Positions 10,371 to 21,099 of a DNA stretch of 26,817 nucleotides are shown here, piece after piece (within the stretch, counting starts at the first letter, position 1; every line of letters starts with the position of its first letter). Where the stretch lies: positions 1,443,902 through 1,470,718 of the forward strand of contig NC_057752.1 in the NCBI RefSeq assembly GCF_004010195.1. The letters are read 5' to 3'. This DNA is from Chiloscyllium plagiosum (Eukaryota). The notes below the pieces were generated by a model that was given only the letters and a program-made list of their open reading frames with translations, had not been told where the DNA came from and ran no database searches. Both the position numbers and the translations under genes were made by a program.

Positions 10371-11147
10371 GTATACAGTAGACAACACAATGCAGAGTAT
10401 TTGAATTCTGGAAAACTTACAGCAGTCCTTTTTTGATTTGCAACAGTCACTCCAGAAAAAAATTATTTTAAAAACTTTAACCTAAAAAGAACCCTCATCA
10501 CTAGCTTTATGCTCAGGCCACATACTTTTCACAGGTTTCCTGCATATAAATCTACTGCTGCGTTGTTAAAAATTAAGAAAAGGTGTACTGTTAAGACTTG
10601 AAGTGAAATTTAGACAACTGATTCTAACTAGCTTGCCACGATCCTTTATTTCTGCACAAAAAGAAATGTTTACCTCAACAGGCTTTTTGCAAGCCTTCAA
10701 ATATGTTCCAACGCAACTTTTCAAATTCGATTAAAATTGCTTCCCTTCGTCTCAGCTATGGTTCTTGGAATGTGACTCCCCTCGTAAACAAACACCTTCT
10801 TAAAAAAAAGTTGGCAAGTTGCACACAAACATTTGTAGTGAATTTTCCTTCTCTTGTAACATTGCCCAGCTGTAATTTTTGGCTCTGAAGGAAGTGCCAC
10901 GGCTGTAGAATTTCCTGCACTCAACTTCACCACATGTATTGCAGCTGAGAAAAGCATGGAAATGTTGCTCTCTCTGTCTGCCTGTGAAAGGTTCAAGGCA
11001 GAAGAGGAGGACCCCAATTCTCTGTAACTTGGCAGAATGGTGTCTTGTCTGTATCCATGTTCTGGCAATGCCCCAAAGAGGCAGACGCTTTTTACATTTG
11101 TTCTCCAAATGTAAGGATCACTTGAGGTTTAATTAATTGCCCATTCT

Positions 11148-11482
11148 GGGGTAGCGATGGTGCATGGGGAAATGTCCCTGAATTAGTAATCTAGCCGAAT
11201 GTTCTGGGGACAAGGGTTCAAATCCTACCATGGCAGAAGGTGAAATTTGAATTCAGTAAAAATCTAGGAGTAATAAAAATTTGCCTCAGGATAACCATTG
11301 ATTGTTGTAAAAACCCATCTGGTTCATTAATATCCATCATGGAAGGAAATCTGCCATCCTTACCTGTGTGAGGCCTACATGTGACCCACAGCAATGTTGT
11401 GGTTGACTTTTGGCTGCAACTGGGGATGGCAAATAAATGGTGGCCGAGCCAGCAATATCCACATTCCAAGAACAAATGCGAA
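11148..11482 (+). mobile_element. tRNA-derived SINE, probably Deu-domain type (SacSINE1-like)
   Basis: B box GGTTCAAATCC followed by ACCATGGCAG...GAAATTTGAATTCA...AAACCCATCTGGTTCA...GGAAGGAAA. A second copy lies inverted at 12300-12555. Family name is from recall. Confidence 0.7.
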
Positions 11483-11874
11483 TAATCCTGTGTTAACGTC
11501 AGAAGGGTCCCCTTCTTCATAGCGATTTTGTTTCTGACAAGTGAATGATAGACTACCTCAAGGGCATTAAAATCAGATCAAGTCAGAATGTCAAATACCA
11601 TTCCCTTCAACATAGTTGGGAATCACAGATAGACTTTGACAACAGTGGCTTTCACAAACTCATTTAGTCTCCCTAAGACTTCACTTGCTGTTCAACATCT
11701 CTTTGCAACTGTGGATTGTTCTGCCAGGCAATGAAGGCTGCTTATTTTTGATCCAGGTGGTTATATATTTCTGCATGGTTATCAATGAACCACTTCTGTG
11801 ACAACCTTGCTCAAACCCAATGGTCTGGGCACAGGAGTCCAGCACAGCTGAGTTTATTGGATCCCACTGTACTT

Positions 11875-12028
11875 AAGTAAATTGGCCATGCTAAATTGCT
11901 CATAGTATTCAGGGATCTGTAGGTTAAGTGCGGAGAATGGGTCTGGGTGGATTACTCTTCGGAGGGTCAATGTGGACTTGCTGGGCTGAAGGGCCCGTTT
12001 CCACACTGTAGGGATTCGATGATTCTAT
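11875..12028 (+). mobile_element. HE1-like SINE, 3' half
   Basis: ATTGGCCATGCTAAATTG...GGGCTGAAGGGCCCGTTTCCACACTGTAGGGATTC matches the 3' part of 1629-1955. Confidence 0.85.
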
Positions 12029-12299
12029 GAAAGGAAGTTGGATGTGTGAAGGTTTGCCAGATTGATCATGAGCTGCACTCAGAATTCCTGATTTCGATTG
12101 GTCTGCTTTAGGATTGAAACATTCATCGTCTTCCTTTTGAATGTCAGGGCCTTGCAAGATCCTGGTGCTAAGCCCATGTGCATCACTGATCAAACAAGCC
12201 CATGACCTATTCAGTAGGCAGCAGTTTCCCACATGGATCATGTGATACAGGTGTCACTTAGATCTTGGACCGGAACCAGGGTCAAGATGATCTAGAATC

Positions 12300-12555
12300 T
12301 TTTTTTAAATTCATTCACAGGATAAGGGCATCGCTGGCTAGGTCTGGAGTCACATGCAGGCCAGATCATTTCCTTCCCTAAAGGACATTAGTGGACCAGA
12401 TAGGCTTTCCCAACAATCAGCAATGGAATCGTCGTCATCATTAAACTCTTAATTCCAGATTTTTATTGAATTCAAATTTCACCATCTGCCATGAAAGGAT
12501 TTGAACCTGGGTCCCCAGCACATTACCTGGGTCTCTAGATTGACAATTCAGCGAC
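12300..12555 (-). mobile_element. Second Deu-type SINE copy, internally deleted
   Basis: TGAATTCAAATTTCACCATCTGCCATGAAAGGATTTGAACC is the reverse complement of about 11214-11254. Confidence 0.7.
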
Positions 12556-12792
12556 AAGCTCGAATGTATCCATAAGGCTTCATATTCCACTTTCTGGCAG
12601 AACAAGGTGTTTATTGGAATGATGCCATGCTGAGCACACTTTCAGGAGGATGATGCCATTTGCATTGGCATTTCCACCCAGTTTTTCCCCAATGCTTCCA
12701 CCCCAGACATTGGAGTTATGGCCAACTGTGGTGTAAAGTCTCCCAGAAAGATGATCTTTTCTTCTTTTGAGATGGCAGTAAGGACTTCATCA

Positions 12793-12988
12793 GGGCGTGG
12801 AGGTGCCGGTGTTGGTCTGGGGTGGACAAAGATCTTGCCCCATCACTTGTATGACACTTTGATCTTTTACTATAAATTCCATGTCCTATGATCCTGCCCC
12901 ACTAGCTACCTGACGAAGGAGCAGTGCTCCGAAAGCTAGTGCTTCCAAATAAAGCTGTTGGATGATAACCTGGTGCGGTGTGATTTTT
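12793..12988 (+). mobile_element. PLE-derived short element carrying an intact hammerhead core
   Basis: 10-bp TSD GACTTCATCA (12783-12792 and 12989-12998). Hammerhead at 12907-12941. Confidence 0.82.
12907..12941 (+). ncRNA. Minimal type I hammerhead ribozyme motif
   Basis: TAC-CTGACGA-A-GGAGC-AGT-GCTCC-GAAA-GC-TA-GTG: both core boxes intact, 5-bp stem II, palindromic AGCT stem III, CUA cleavage triplet, and 3-bp stem I (TAC/GTG with one G-U). Confidence 0.75.
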
Positions 12989-13288
12989 GACTTCATCAAG
13001 GTTAGAACAGAACTTTTCCTTAACATCATCAGTGTCTGGGCTAAGCACTGATGATGACAGCATGTTAAATATTAGTACACATCCAAAATCAGTGAATAAA
13101 TGTAGAGATTGAAATGGCACATGGCTTAACTTCAGGCGCGTCATGACAACCCTGAAATTCACAAACCGTTGGACCTTCTCTGTCCTTCAGTAACGAATGG
13201 GCCACATTCCTGCTTTGAAAGCTGTAAGACAGCCCGAATAAAATGCAAAGGATTGACTAGAGAGTCAATATTTTAAATTTCAGTACAA

Positions 13289-14165
13289 TGTAAGAGATGA
13301 CATCTTTTTATTTTTGGACAGTGGACTGAAAGTGAGAAAAACAGACACTGCTTTTCAGAAGGGGAGAGTATTCAAGGAGTTGCTTGCAGCTTCAGAAAAA
13401 CAAGTGAAGCCACCTGATACATGTGAGACAGTGTTCCATTTCGGAAACACTGAATCCAGACAATCTGGTACCATTTGTTGTGGGACCAGGAGGGCCTAAC
13501 ATAATAACAACCCTCTGATTGGGTCAGGTTGCAGTTTAACACAGACCTTGTTAGGGAAGTGAAAGAGAGAGAAGCAAGGAGACCTGCATCAATCATTCGC
13601 TCTCCCCTTTCTTGAAAGTTGCTATCTCCAATTTTCTGTTGGAAAAGCAGAAAATCTACATTCAGAGACACTGAAAGAAATAATTCTAAAACCCAAAGAC
13701 AGCCCCATGTCCAAGTATGCAACTTGATTATCGCTGTGCAGATAGAGGTTTCCATGAAGAATTGAAATGATTATGAAATCAACCCATCTAGTTTTGTGAT
13801 TTGAACTGGTAATGCAGAACTGGATTCTCCTAACTATATTTTTCCCTCCCACTCACAGTACCTATGCTTTCTTTTGGGTGTACATGTACGTATGTGGGAC
13901 AATTTTAAAGGGGGTAAAGTTTAAGTTACATAAATTAGAAACCCTGTTCTTGTGAAAAGTAAGTTTCAGTAACTTCACAAAAAAAGTTACAAAAAAGGAA
14001 AAGTTTTTTTTAAAAAACTGTCAACTGAAGAGAGCTATTATGGTCTGCTTTTATCCTGGGTAGCAATCAGAGGCAAATTGAGAGTTTTGGATGTTTAATT
14101 AACTCTTCACATTTGTGGTGACTCAGAGCTTGATTTCCAGTGCCCAGCTCCAGTGAGTTGTGACA
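13289..14165. mobile_element. Probable old solo LTR
   Basis: TGTAA...TGACA termini with flanks TACAA/TAGAA (4 of 5 match, a possible TSD). No internal coding sequence. Confidence 0.45.
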
Positions 14166-14361
14166 TAGAAAGGGATCAACAGCTATTGTGAATTCCCTAT
14201 TAGATTAGATAGACTGGCCCACATCATGACTTTGTCCCTGTGGGCCAGGTGTAGGGTTATACAGTCACCGTGTTCAACTTTGGTTTGATGCTTCAGAAGT
14301 CTTGAGCACAATGCCTTTCCAGACTCTCTGTCTAATCCATTTCTTGGCCTTTCACTGACAG

Positions 14362-15095
14362 GAACATAGGATTGAGGAGGAGTAGGTCATTTCGAGCCTG
14401 CTGCACGGTTCAATAATATCATGATTGATCTGGTTGTGGTCTCATCTCCACTTCCCGTCTGTCTCCCATAACCCTCAAATCCCTTGCCTATCAAAAATCT
14501 AACTAACCAAGCCAGTGAATAAATTTGAAGACCCGTCCTACACTAGCTTCCGGGAAAGAGAATTCCACATGTTTATCATGGAATCCCTACAGCGTGGAAA
14601 CAGGCCATTTGGCCCAACAAGTCCACACCGTCCCTCCAAAAAGAGTATCCCACCCAGACCCATTCCTCTACCCCTGACTAATGCAGCTAACTTACACATC
14701 CCTGAATGTTATGGGCAATTTAGCATGGCCAATCCATCCTAACCTGCACATCTATGGACTGTGGGAGGAAACCGGAGCACCCGGAAGAAACCCACGCAGA
14801 CACGGGGAGAATGTGCAAACTCTACACAGACAGTTGCCAGAGGCTGAAATCAAACGTGGGTCCCCCTGGCACTGTGAGGCAGCAGTGCTAACCATTGAGT
14901 CCCAGAGAAAAAAATAGTCTTCATTTTTGTCTTAAAAGGAAGATCTCTTAATCTTAAACAATGTTGCGCAGTTTTGGTCTCCTCCACAAGAGGAAAGTCG
15001 TCCTGTTATCCATAGTATCCATTCACCTCACGATCTTATGTGCTTCAATAAGATCACCTCTCGTTCTCCTAAACTCCAATGGATATAGACCTAAC
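14362..15095 (-). mobile_element. CR1-type LINE 3' fragment interrupted by a SINE
   Basis: Reverse complement reads AGGAGAACGAGAGGTGATCTTATTGAAGCACATAAGATC (RRTRGDLIEAHKI). CR1-type tail near 14362-14420. Confidence 0.75.
14575..14900 (-). mobile_element. HE1-like V-SINE
   Basis: Reverse complement of the head, V-domain and tail of 1629-1955. Confidence 0.9.
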
Positions 15096-16566
15096 CAAAT
15101 TAGGAAGACATTACTACAGACATAACACAAACGTGGGAGGGAGTTGGTGTTTCTAAAAGATAGTAGGACTCAGAGGAAAGAAACAGAGAATTATTATCAT
15201 AAAACAAAGCTGTAACACCAGAAAAGAGCAGGGGCTCACAGGCCATGCAATCTGTAACAAATTGAGTGCCTGAAGCATTTCAGCACCCCCGCCCACTGTC
15301 ACACCTGCTTCACACAGCTGCTACAGTGCTGCTGAGTGATAGGTCATGCTGAGGTTAAGCAGCTTCCATTGCAGTGGATTTTATCATGGAAGAAAAACTA
15401 TAATACCCAAACCCAGCAACGTACAATCCTGAAGGCTACTGCTTCTCAATTACTCCAGAATGATTACATTTCTCAGTGTGGAAATCTGAAACACTGAGAA
15501 CATAACAGCAACAGCGCAGCCGCTCCCACTCACTTGGCTAATTTCACAAGTAGCCATTATAAATGTTTAACTTGTTTACTGACTTGACGATTCTGTTCAT
15601 GCCATTTACACAGCTGGTACTTTTGAAAGATACGCAACGCAATCATTGCCATATCATACCTGTTATTATGAAAATTATACCCCTGTCGGTATTTAATATT
15701 ACCTACCACTCCCTTTCGTTCTCATAATATTGCATTTTATTTTCCATTTGTAAAAGCAAGCCATCTTATTGATAAAATGAAACAAAATGAATTGGAAGAT
15801 TCATCTCAGGCAATGCACTCTCTGAACAATTGGATTTTCTAAGATTTCCTCTGGACTCGCATGTTAAGGAAGTAGCACAAAATCTGAGCAAGCTGTTGAA
15901 GAAGGATCAAATGAATAAATTGAAGGCTTTTTATTAAGGTTCCACAATTATTCTTGAAACCCAACAACAAATAGCTCTCATTTGGGTATGAAATGGAAAT
16001 ACTGCTGGTTTCAAATCACTTACCCAGTGTCAATCCTCCAAAACCTTTTCAAGGGCTATTTCAATAAGACTTGTATCCAGCCAAAATGAGTGCAAGGTTG
16101 GCAAAGTGCTTGCTGTTCTCGCCTGTGCCATTGTCAAATTTGGGATTCATTGAAAGGCAACTTCTTGCCCAGCGTTCAATGCCTGCTGGTGGGCATCTCA
16201 CTACAGCAGAGCTGGTGAGGTGAGCAAGGGACATTACCCAGCACCATTTTCTAAGGTTAGGAGCAACGTTCCTACTTTTCCTTGTCTCACAAAAGTGATC
16301 CAATTTACTTCAATTTGCAAACAGTATCCTACAACCAGAGAAGGACCGTGAGTGTAGCAGTTAAACAGCAGTTGTTTCAGACTGGAACATTTGCCGGAAA
16401 ATCTGTGTCAGCTAGATCTGGAGGGTCTCAGGAGCAGTCATTCTTCCCTGCCATTTTCAAACCAACAAATGCCTCATAAACATAACATGGAGATGCTGAA
16501 AAAGGCCCAAACATACACCTAGCAGAGGTCACTCAACAGTAACCAGATGACTTTTCTAAGCAGGTT

Positions 16567-16916
16567 CGAGTGGCATAATGGTTAGCACTGCTGCCTCATG
16601 GCACTCGGGACCTGGGTTTGACTCCACTCTTGGGTGTCTGTGTGGAGTTTGCATGTTCTCCCAGTGTCTGTGTGGGTTTCCTCCGGGTATTCCAGATTCC
16701 TCCCATAGTGCAAAGATGGGCAGGTTAGGGTGGATTCGCAATGCTAAATTGCCCATAGTGGCCAGGATGTTCAGGCTAGCTGGACTAGCCATGGGAAATG
16801 CAGGATTACAGGGTTAGGATAGCAGGTGGGTCTGGAAAGGATGCTCTTCAGAGGGCCAGCGTGGACTTGATGGGCTGAATGGCCTGCTCCCACACTGCAG
16901 GGATTCTATGATTCTA
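16567..16916 (+). mobile_element. HE1-like V-SINE
   Basis: Head TGGTTAGCACTGCTGCCTCA, V-domain, and tail CACACTGCAGGGATTCTATGATTCTA. Confidence 0.9.
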
Positions 16917-17663
16917 GGGGTACATTGATGACAACTAGAATATCCACACTCGTGTCAATTTTCAGGCACAGCCTCAAAGGTTCTGTGCTGTATTGTTCTG
17001 CGTTCCACGTTCTGATATGCTGTTAAGATCCTACAGGTAAATGTACTTTACAGGTTGCTTTTGGACTTCTTTTTACATACAACAAAGAATTAGTCACAAA
17101 TGAAAAGGGATTTGTACTTAGATCCACTAATTTGTATCTCCCTATCTAAACAGGACCTACAGCAGGACATAATCCTGCCTTGGGGGCAATCAGACCATTA
17201 TCCTCGTGTAATTATCACGGGCGAGTTGAATATTTATAACGAATAACAAGGCGGTCAGAAAACCGTAGGCAGTCAATCCTACAGCGGTGCCTTATTGAAG
17301 GAGGGAGAAACACAAAGATGGCAAACTAGGAAAACAAATGATCAATCATTTTTACAATCATAAGCTCTGAAGGGATGTACAAAAACAAGGATTAGTGATT
17401 TTTTTCAGGTCATTGATAAGAGCAAATACCCACCCAACATTAAGATGATCCACCAGGGCCTCTGTGAGACGTGTAGCGGCTGCAACAGCTTCCCTCCTCC
17501 TTTTTTCTGAAAGGAAATGAAGATATGAAGTTGGTGAAGAACTGCCTGGTCACTCTGTTCTATCCTTGCCCTCTAAAATAAATACATATGCATGACCGAA
17601 ATAAAATCTGGCATTCTAAATATCTAGTGGTGCTATCAAAGTACACAATTAGAATGTCCTATG

Positions 17664-17740
17664 GAGCTGAAAATGTGTTGCTGGAAAAGTGCAGCAGGTC
17701 AGGCAGCATCCAAGGAGCAGGAGAATCGACGTTTCGGGCA
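17664..17740 (-). mobile_element. Fragment of the PLE-derived element (635-819 family)
   Basis: Near-identical to 671-747. Ends inside hammerhead stem II (GACGTTTCGGGCA). Confidence 0.85.
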
Positions 17741-17743
17741 CGA

Positions 17744-17953
17744 GTGTCTCCCAGTGTCTGCGTGGGTTTCCTCCAGGTGCTCCGGTTTCCTCCCACAGTC
17801 CAAAGATGTGCAGGTTAGGTGAATTGGCCATTCTAAATTGCCCGTACTGTTAGGTGCATTAGTCAGAGGGAAATGGGTCTGAGTAGGTTACTCTTTGGAG
17901 GGTCGGTGTGGACTTGTTGGGCCTGTTTCCACACTGGAGGGAATCTAATCTAA
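17744..17953 (+). mobile_element. Headless HE1-like SINE
   Basis: V-domain through (AATCT)n tail; tRNA head absent. Confidence 0.88.
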
Positions 17954-18230
17954 TTGTTCTGCACTGTAGGAGGGTTGTGTAAGACAGATGAGAGTGACAC
18001 GCCATGATCGCAGATCGCCAGGCAGGAGTAGGTACAAACAAGTGATTGTGGAATGATAGAACAGTTGGCAGCCAATCACAACTAATCACCCCACATGTTA
18101 GAAGCAGACTGCGCGCTTTGCAGGATCTATATGTACCATTCCTCACTCCCTGTCCTTGCTCCCCACCCGCGTGAGAAAATTGGAGACAGCACCAAGACAG
18201 TAGGAGTACTTTTCCATTCTATGACCAAGT

Positions 18231-18330
18231 GAGTCTGACGAAGAATTATCTCGACTCGAAATGTTATCTTGTCCTCTCTCCATGGATGCTGCCTGACCCG
18301 CTGTGATCTCCAACGCTTTTTATTTTCAGA
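18231..18330 (+). mobile_element. PLE-derived short element with a degenerate hammerhead
   Basis: CTGACGA-A-GAATT-ATCTC-GACTC-GAAA-TGTT at 18235-18265, then CTCTCTCCATGGATGCTGCCTGACCCGCTG as in 4441-4640. Confidence 0.7.
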
Positions 18331-19509
18331 GTAAATGTGGCAATGCCATTTTGTGATGATGTGATTGCTGCAGAAAGAGCTGGAAAACTATTCCAAAACA
18401 GTTCTTAAATGCCTATTCCGAGCAGCTACCCTTCATGGACAGCCTGGACAGTTACCATCACAGCCAAGCAGTGGAGTTGGGGGAAACAGTGAGGACTTAC
18501 CATATGATGACCAGGAACAAAATTAGTTTTCTGCTTTATTCCCTTCCCCAAGATTAAAATATAAACTAACTGGAATAGCTACTGTCAACCCAAAGATTGA
18601 ACGCAATGTCATTTTGGTCTGTGAAGGTCAGCACCACATTTGCCTTCTATCTTATCGCAGGAATTCCAGAACAGTAGCATTTGACTCAACATTGAAAGAT
18701 ACTTTGTTTCTCCATTTTAATTTTGCTAAGGTTAGCAGGCCAGTAAAAAGATGTAATATTGCAGCAATGTTTTGCCCCACAAAGTGTGCTGATGTATGTA
18801 ATTCCTCACACGGTGCATTCTTGATCTTGGTCTTGGTCTTGTCACAAGAAAGGAGACATAAAAAGCTTAAATGCCAAGAGGAAGGCAGGAGCCTGTCCAC
18901 AATGAGGAATAAGCACAGGAGCAAAAAAAATACAAATGAGTCACTTTTGGTTAACTTAGCACAATTTCTGGCATTCGGATTGACAGCGGCTTATGAATGA
19001 GGATGTGAAATCCAAAGAACAAAGAAGAGAAATAAACAATTACTGTTACTTTAAATCAAAAGAATATTTAATTGTCACTGCTTATCCAAATCTCATTTTC
19101 TTGCTTCTGAACAGCAAAAATCTTCATAGTTGCTACCTCTACAGTGTCATTTTATACAGCAAAACCTGAAGCGACGATACTAACTTGCCATTAGCTCACT
19201 AATTTTGACAACATTGTTTCTAATTCTGAAAAATGTATGAAGACTTCAAAAGAGAGAGAAATGGAACAATAGGCACAGCAAGACCTATGCGTCAAAGGCC
19301 AGCAACATTAGCACGGTCTGCATACAATTTGAAAGCACCTATGGATTCTGTAATCGAAGACTGAAGATGTTAAGCTGTTTAACACTGGTGGAGAAGCAAT
19401 AATCACAGATCTGTCATTAGTGCTGGAGGGAGGTAACTAGAAATAGCATATTAATTGAATCAATAAAAAAAATTGATTTCATCATCAAAGCTCAACTTCA
19501 TACATTGCT

Positions 19510-19670
19510 CTGGATTAGTGGTGCTGGAAGAGCACAGCAGTTCAGGCAGCATCCAAGGAGCTTCGAAATCGACGTTTCGGGCAAAAGCCCTTCATGCTGC
19601 CTGAACTGCTGTGCTCTTCCAGCACCACTAATCCAGAATCTGGTTTCCAGCATCTGCAGTCATTGTTTTT
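19510..19670. mobile_element. PLE-derived fold-back element
   Basis: 15-bp TSD ACTTCATACATTGCT (19495-19509 and 19671-19685). Perfect 44-bp inverted repeat 19509-19552/19594-19637. The loop holds a minus-strand partial hammerhead ATGA-A-GGGC-TTTT-GCCC-GAAACGTC. Confidence 0.88.
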
Positions 19671-21099
19671 ACTTCATACATTGCTGCAGATCTGTTAAAA
19701 TCAAAAACATCACTCAAATCAATTCTGACAAAGGATTTGAAAATGACCTGAAACATAACCCTGTCATTTTGTCTTCTCTGACACTGATCTATTGTGAATT
19801 GCCAGCATTTGCACCTTTTATCTTAACAGTTTTGACCTTAAGACAATATAGCACTTCCTTCACATTTAGTAAGCTAATGTGATGAACTGGCTTTGGTAAC
19901 CGGGTTACAAAGGCTTTGTTAGATAAAATGGAATGTAATACAGTGTGGTTGCTTAAATAATTTTAAAAGAGAATGGGAGGTGGGGGCGGGGGGAAGAGAA
20001 CACACTACTTTTGGCCTTTGGATGCTGGACTCACACAGAACGTCAGCAGTTTCTGGAGATTATTATTCCTTACTCAGACTGTGGGAAAAGATGCTGGCCA
20101 GACTTCAAGGTCTCTGCTTAGAGAATAACTTGGGTCTCCAAGGTAATTAGAATTGGGCCAACTGTGACTGAGGAATAACTTTATCTTGACTAGAGAACAG
20201 AGGCTGCTCTGATAGTGTTTATTCCTTGAAGTCATCTGTTACACTATGGGACAAAGGGGAGAAAATACTGGGCATAGCAGCCAGATCAATGCAGTCAGTA
20301 ATTTGGCACCACTGTAACATTTGATTTGATTAGATCGATCGTGAAAATTGTGGGTGAGTCACAGCCAAGTAACTTACCGTTGGCTTAATAAAACATTTAT
20401 TGTAACAAGTAGCTTTTACAACGAATTGCTTGTGAAGGGAAAGCAACAAATGTCAAGCAGAAGACTTGCAATATTTTGACCTCTTGCTCGCCTTCAATTG
20501 CACAAATACCAACATCCCAGAGGTACCTTGCGCAACTTCATGTGCAAGCTGAAAAAGTGAATGCCAACCAGTTATTCAAATCTGGACGGTATCACAACTA
20601 GGCCAACATGCACTTTGTAGCAGCGAGTCACTGGATAGCGAACAGAAGTGGGAACCCTCTATCTGGGCCAAGATCACAAAGAGAAATTGGAACTTTCCAA
20701 ATTGACCAGCTCACTCAGATCAGGAATTAAAGATAAACATTTTGTCTGTATGGCTGTGTACCACACCAACAGTTCATTTAACCATATAAATACAGGGGAC
20801 AGATTGCATTTATTACTTTTACTAGCTGTGAATCATTGCATGAACACATTACTATATAGCGTCTACATCTCAAAGGTGGAACTAAGACATATGGTCCGTG
20901 TAAGGATTTTTTTTAAGCATAAAACAAATTAAGAGGTTGTTGAAATTGCAAGAGCAAAATAAAAGCTTTTAAAAAAAAAAATTTTTTAAAAATTGACATC
21001 CAGAAAAGAGAATGTCAGTATTTTGGCCATTTGATCAGAATTGAAAAGCTACAGAGATCTCTTCTAGAGGGCAAAATAGCAGGCAGTAGAAAGAAGCAT

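Larger units (their letters stand above)
12556..13240 (-). mobile_element. RTE-clade LINE endonuclease (APE) fragment, split by a PLE-derived insertion
   Basis: Removing 12793-12998 rejoins DDVKEKFCSNLDEV with LTAISKEEKIIFLGDF, followed by KCAQHGIIPINTLFCQK..ALWIH. These resemble RTE APE motifs (GDFN, NT.F, W.HP). Confidence 0.8.

Noticed and set aside
10674..10981. Possible minus-strand exon (acceptor CCTTTCACAG, donor GAG|GTAAAC) and ORFs 10721-11068 and 10800-11108
   Set aside because: All three frames have stops between the splice sites and the peptides resemble nothing I recognise. The acceptor lies in a hairpin (TCTGCCT/AGGCAGA). A non-coding exon cannot be excluded.
18008..18037. LLLPGDL resembling a 2A-like peptide
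   Set aside because: The essential ExNPGP motif is absent in both copies.
18350..19940. C-box-like TGATGA motifs suggesting C/D snoRNAs
   Set aside because: No D box (CTGA) or terminal stem at a suitable distance.
19903..20318. Possible old LTR or MITE with GTTACA/TGTAAC ends
   Set aside because: No TSD and too little terminal similarity to support a call.
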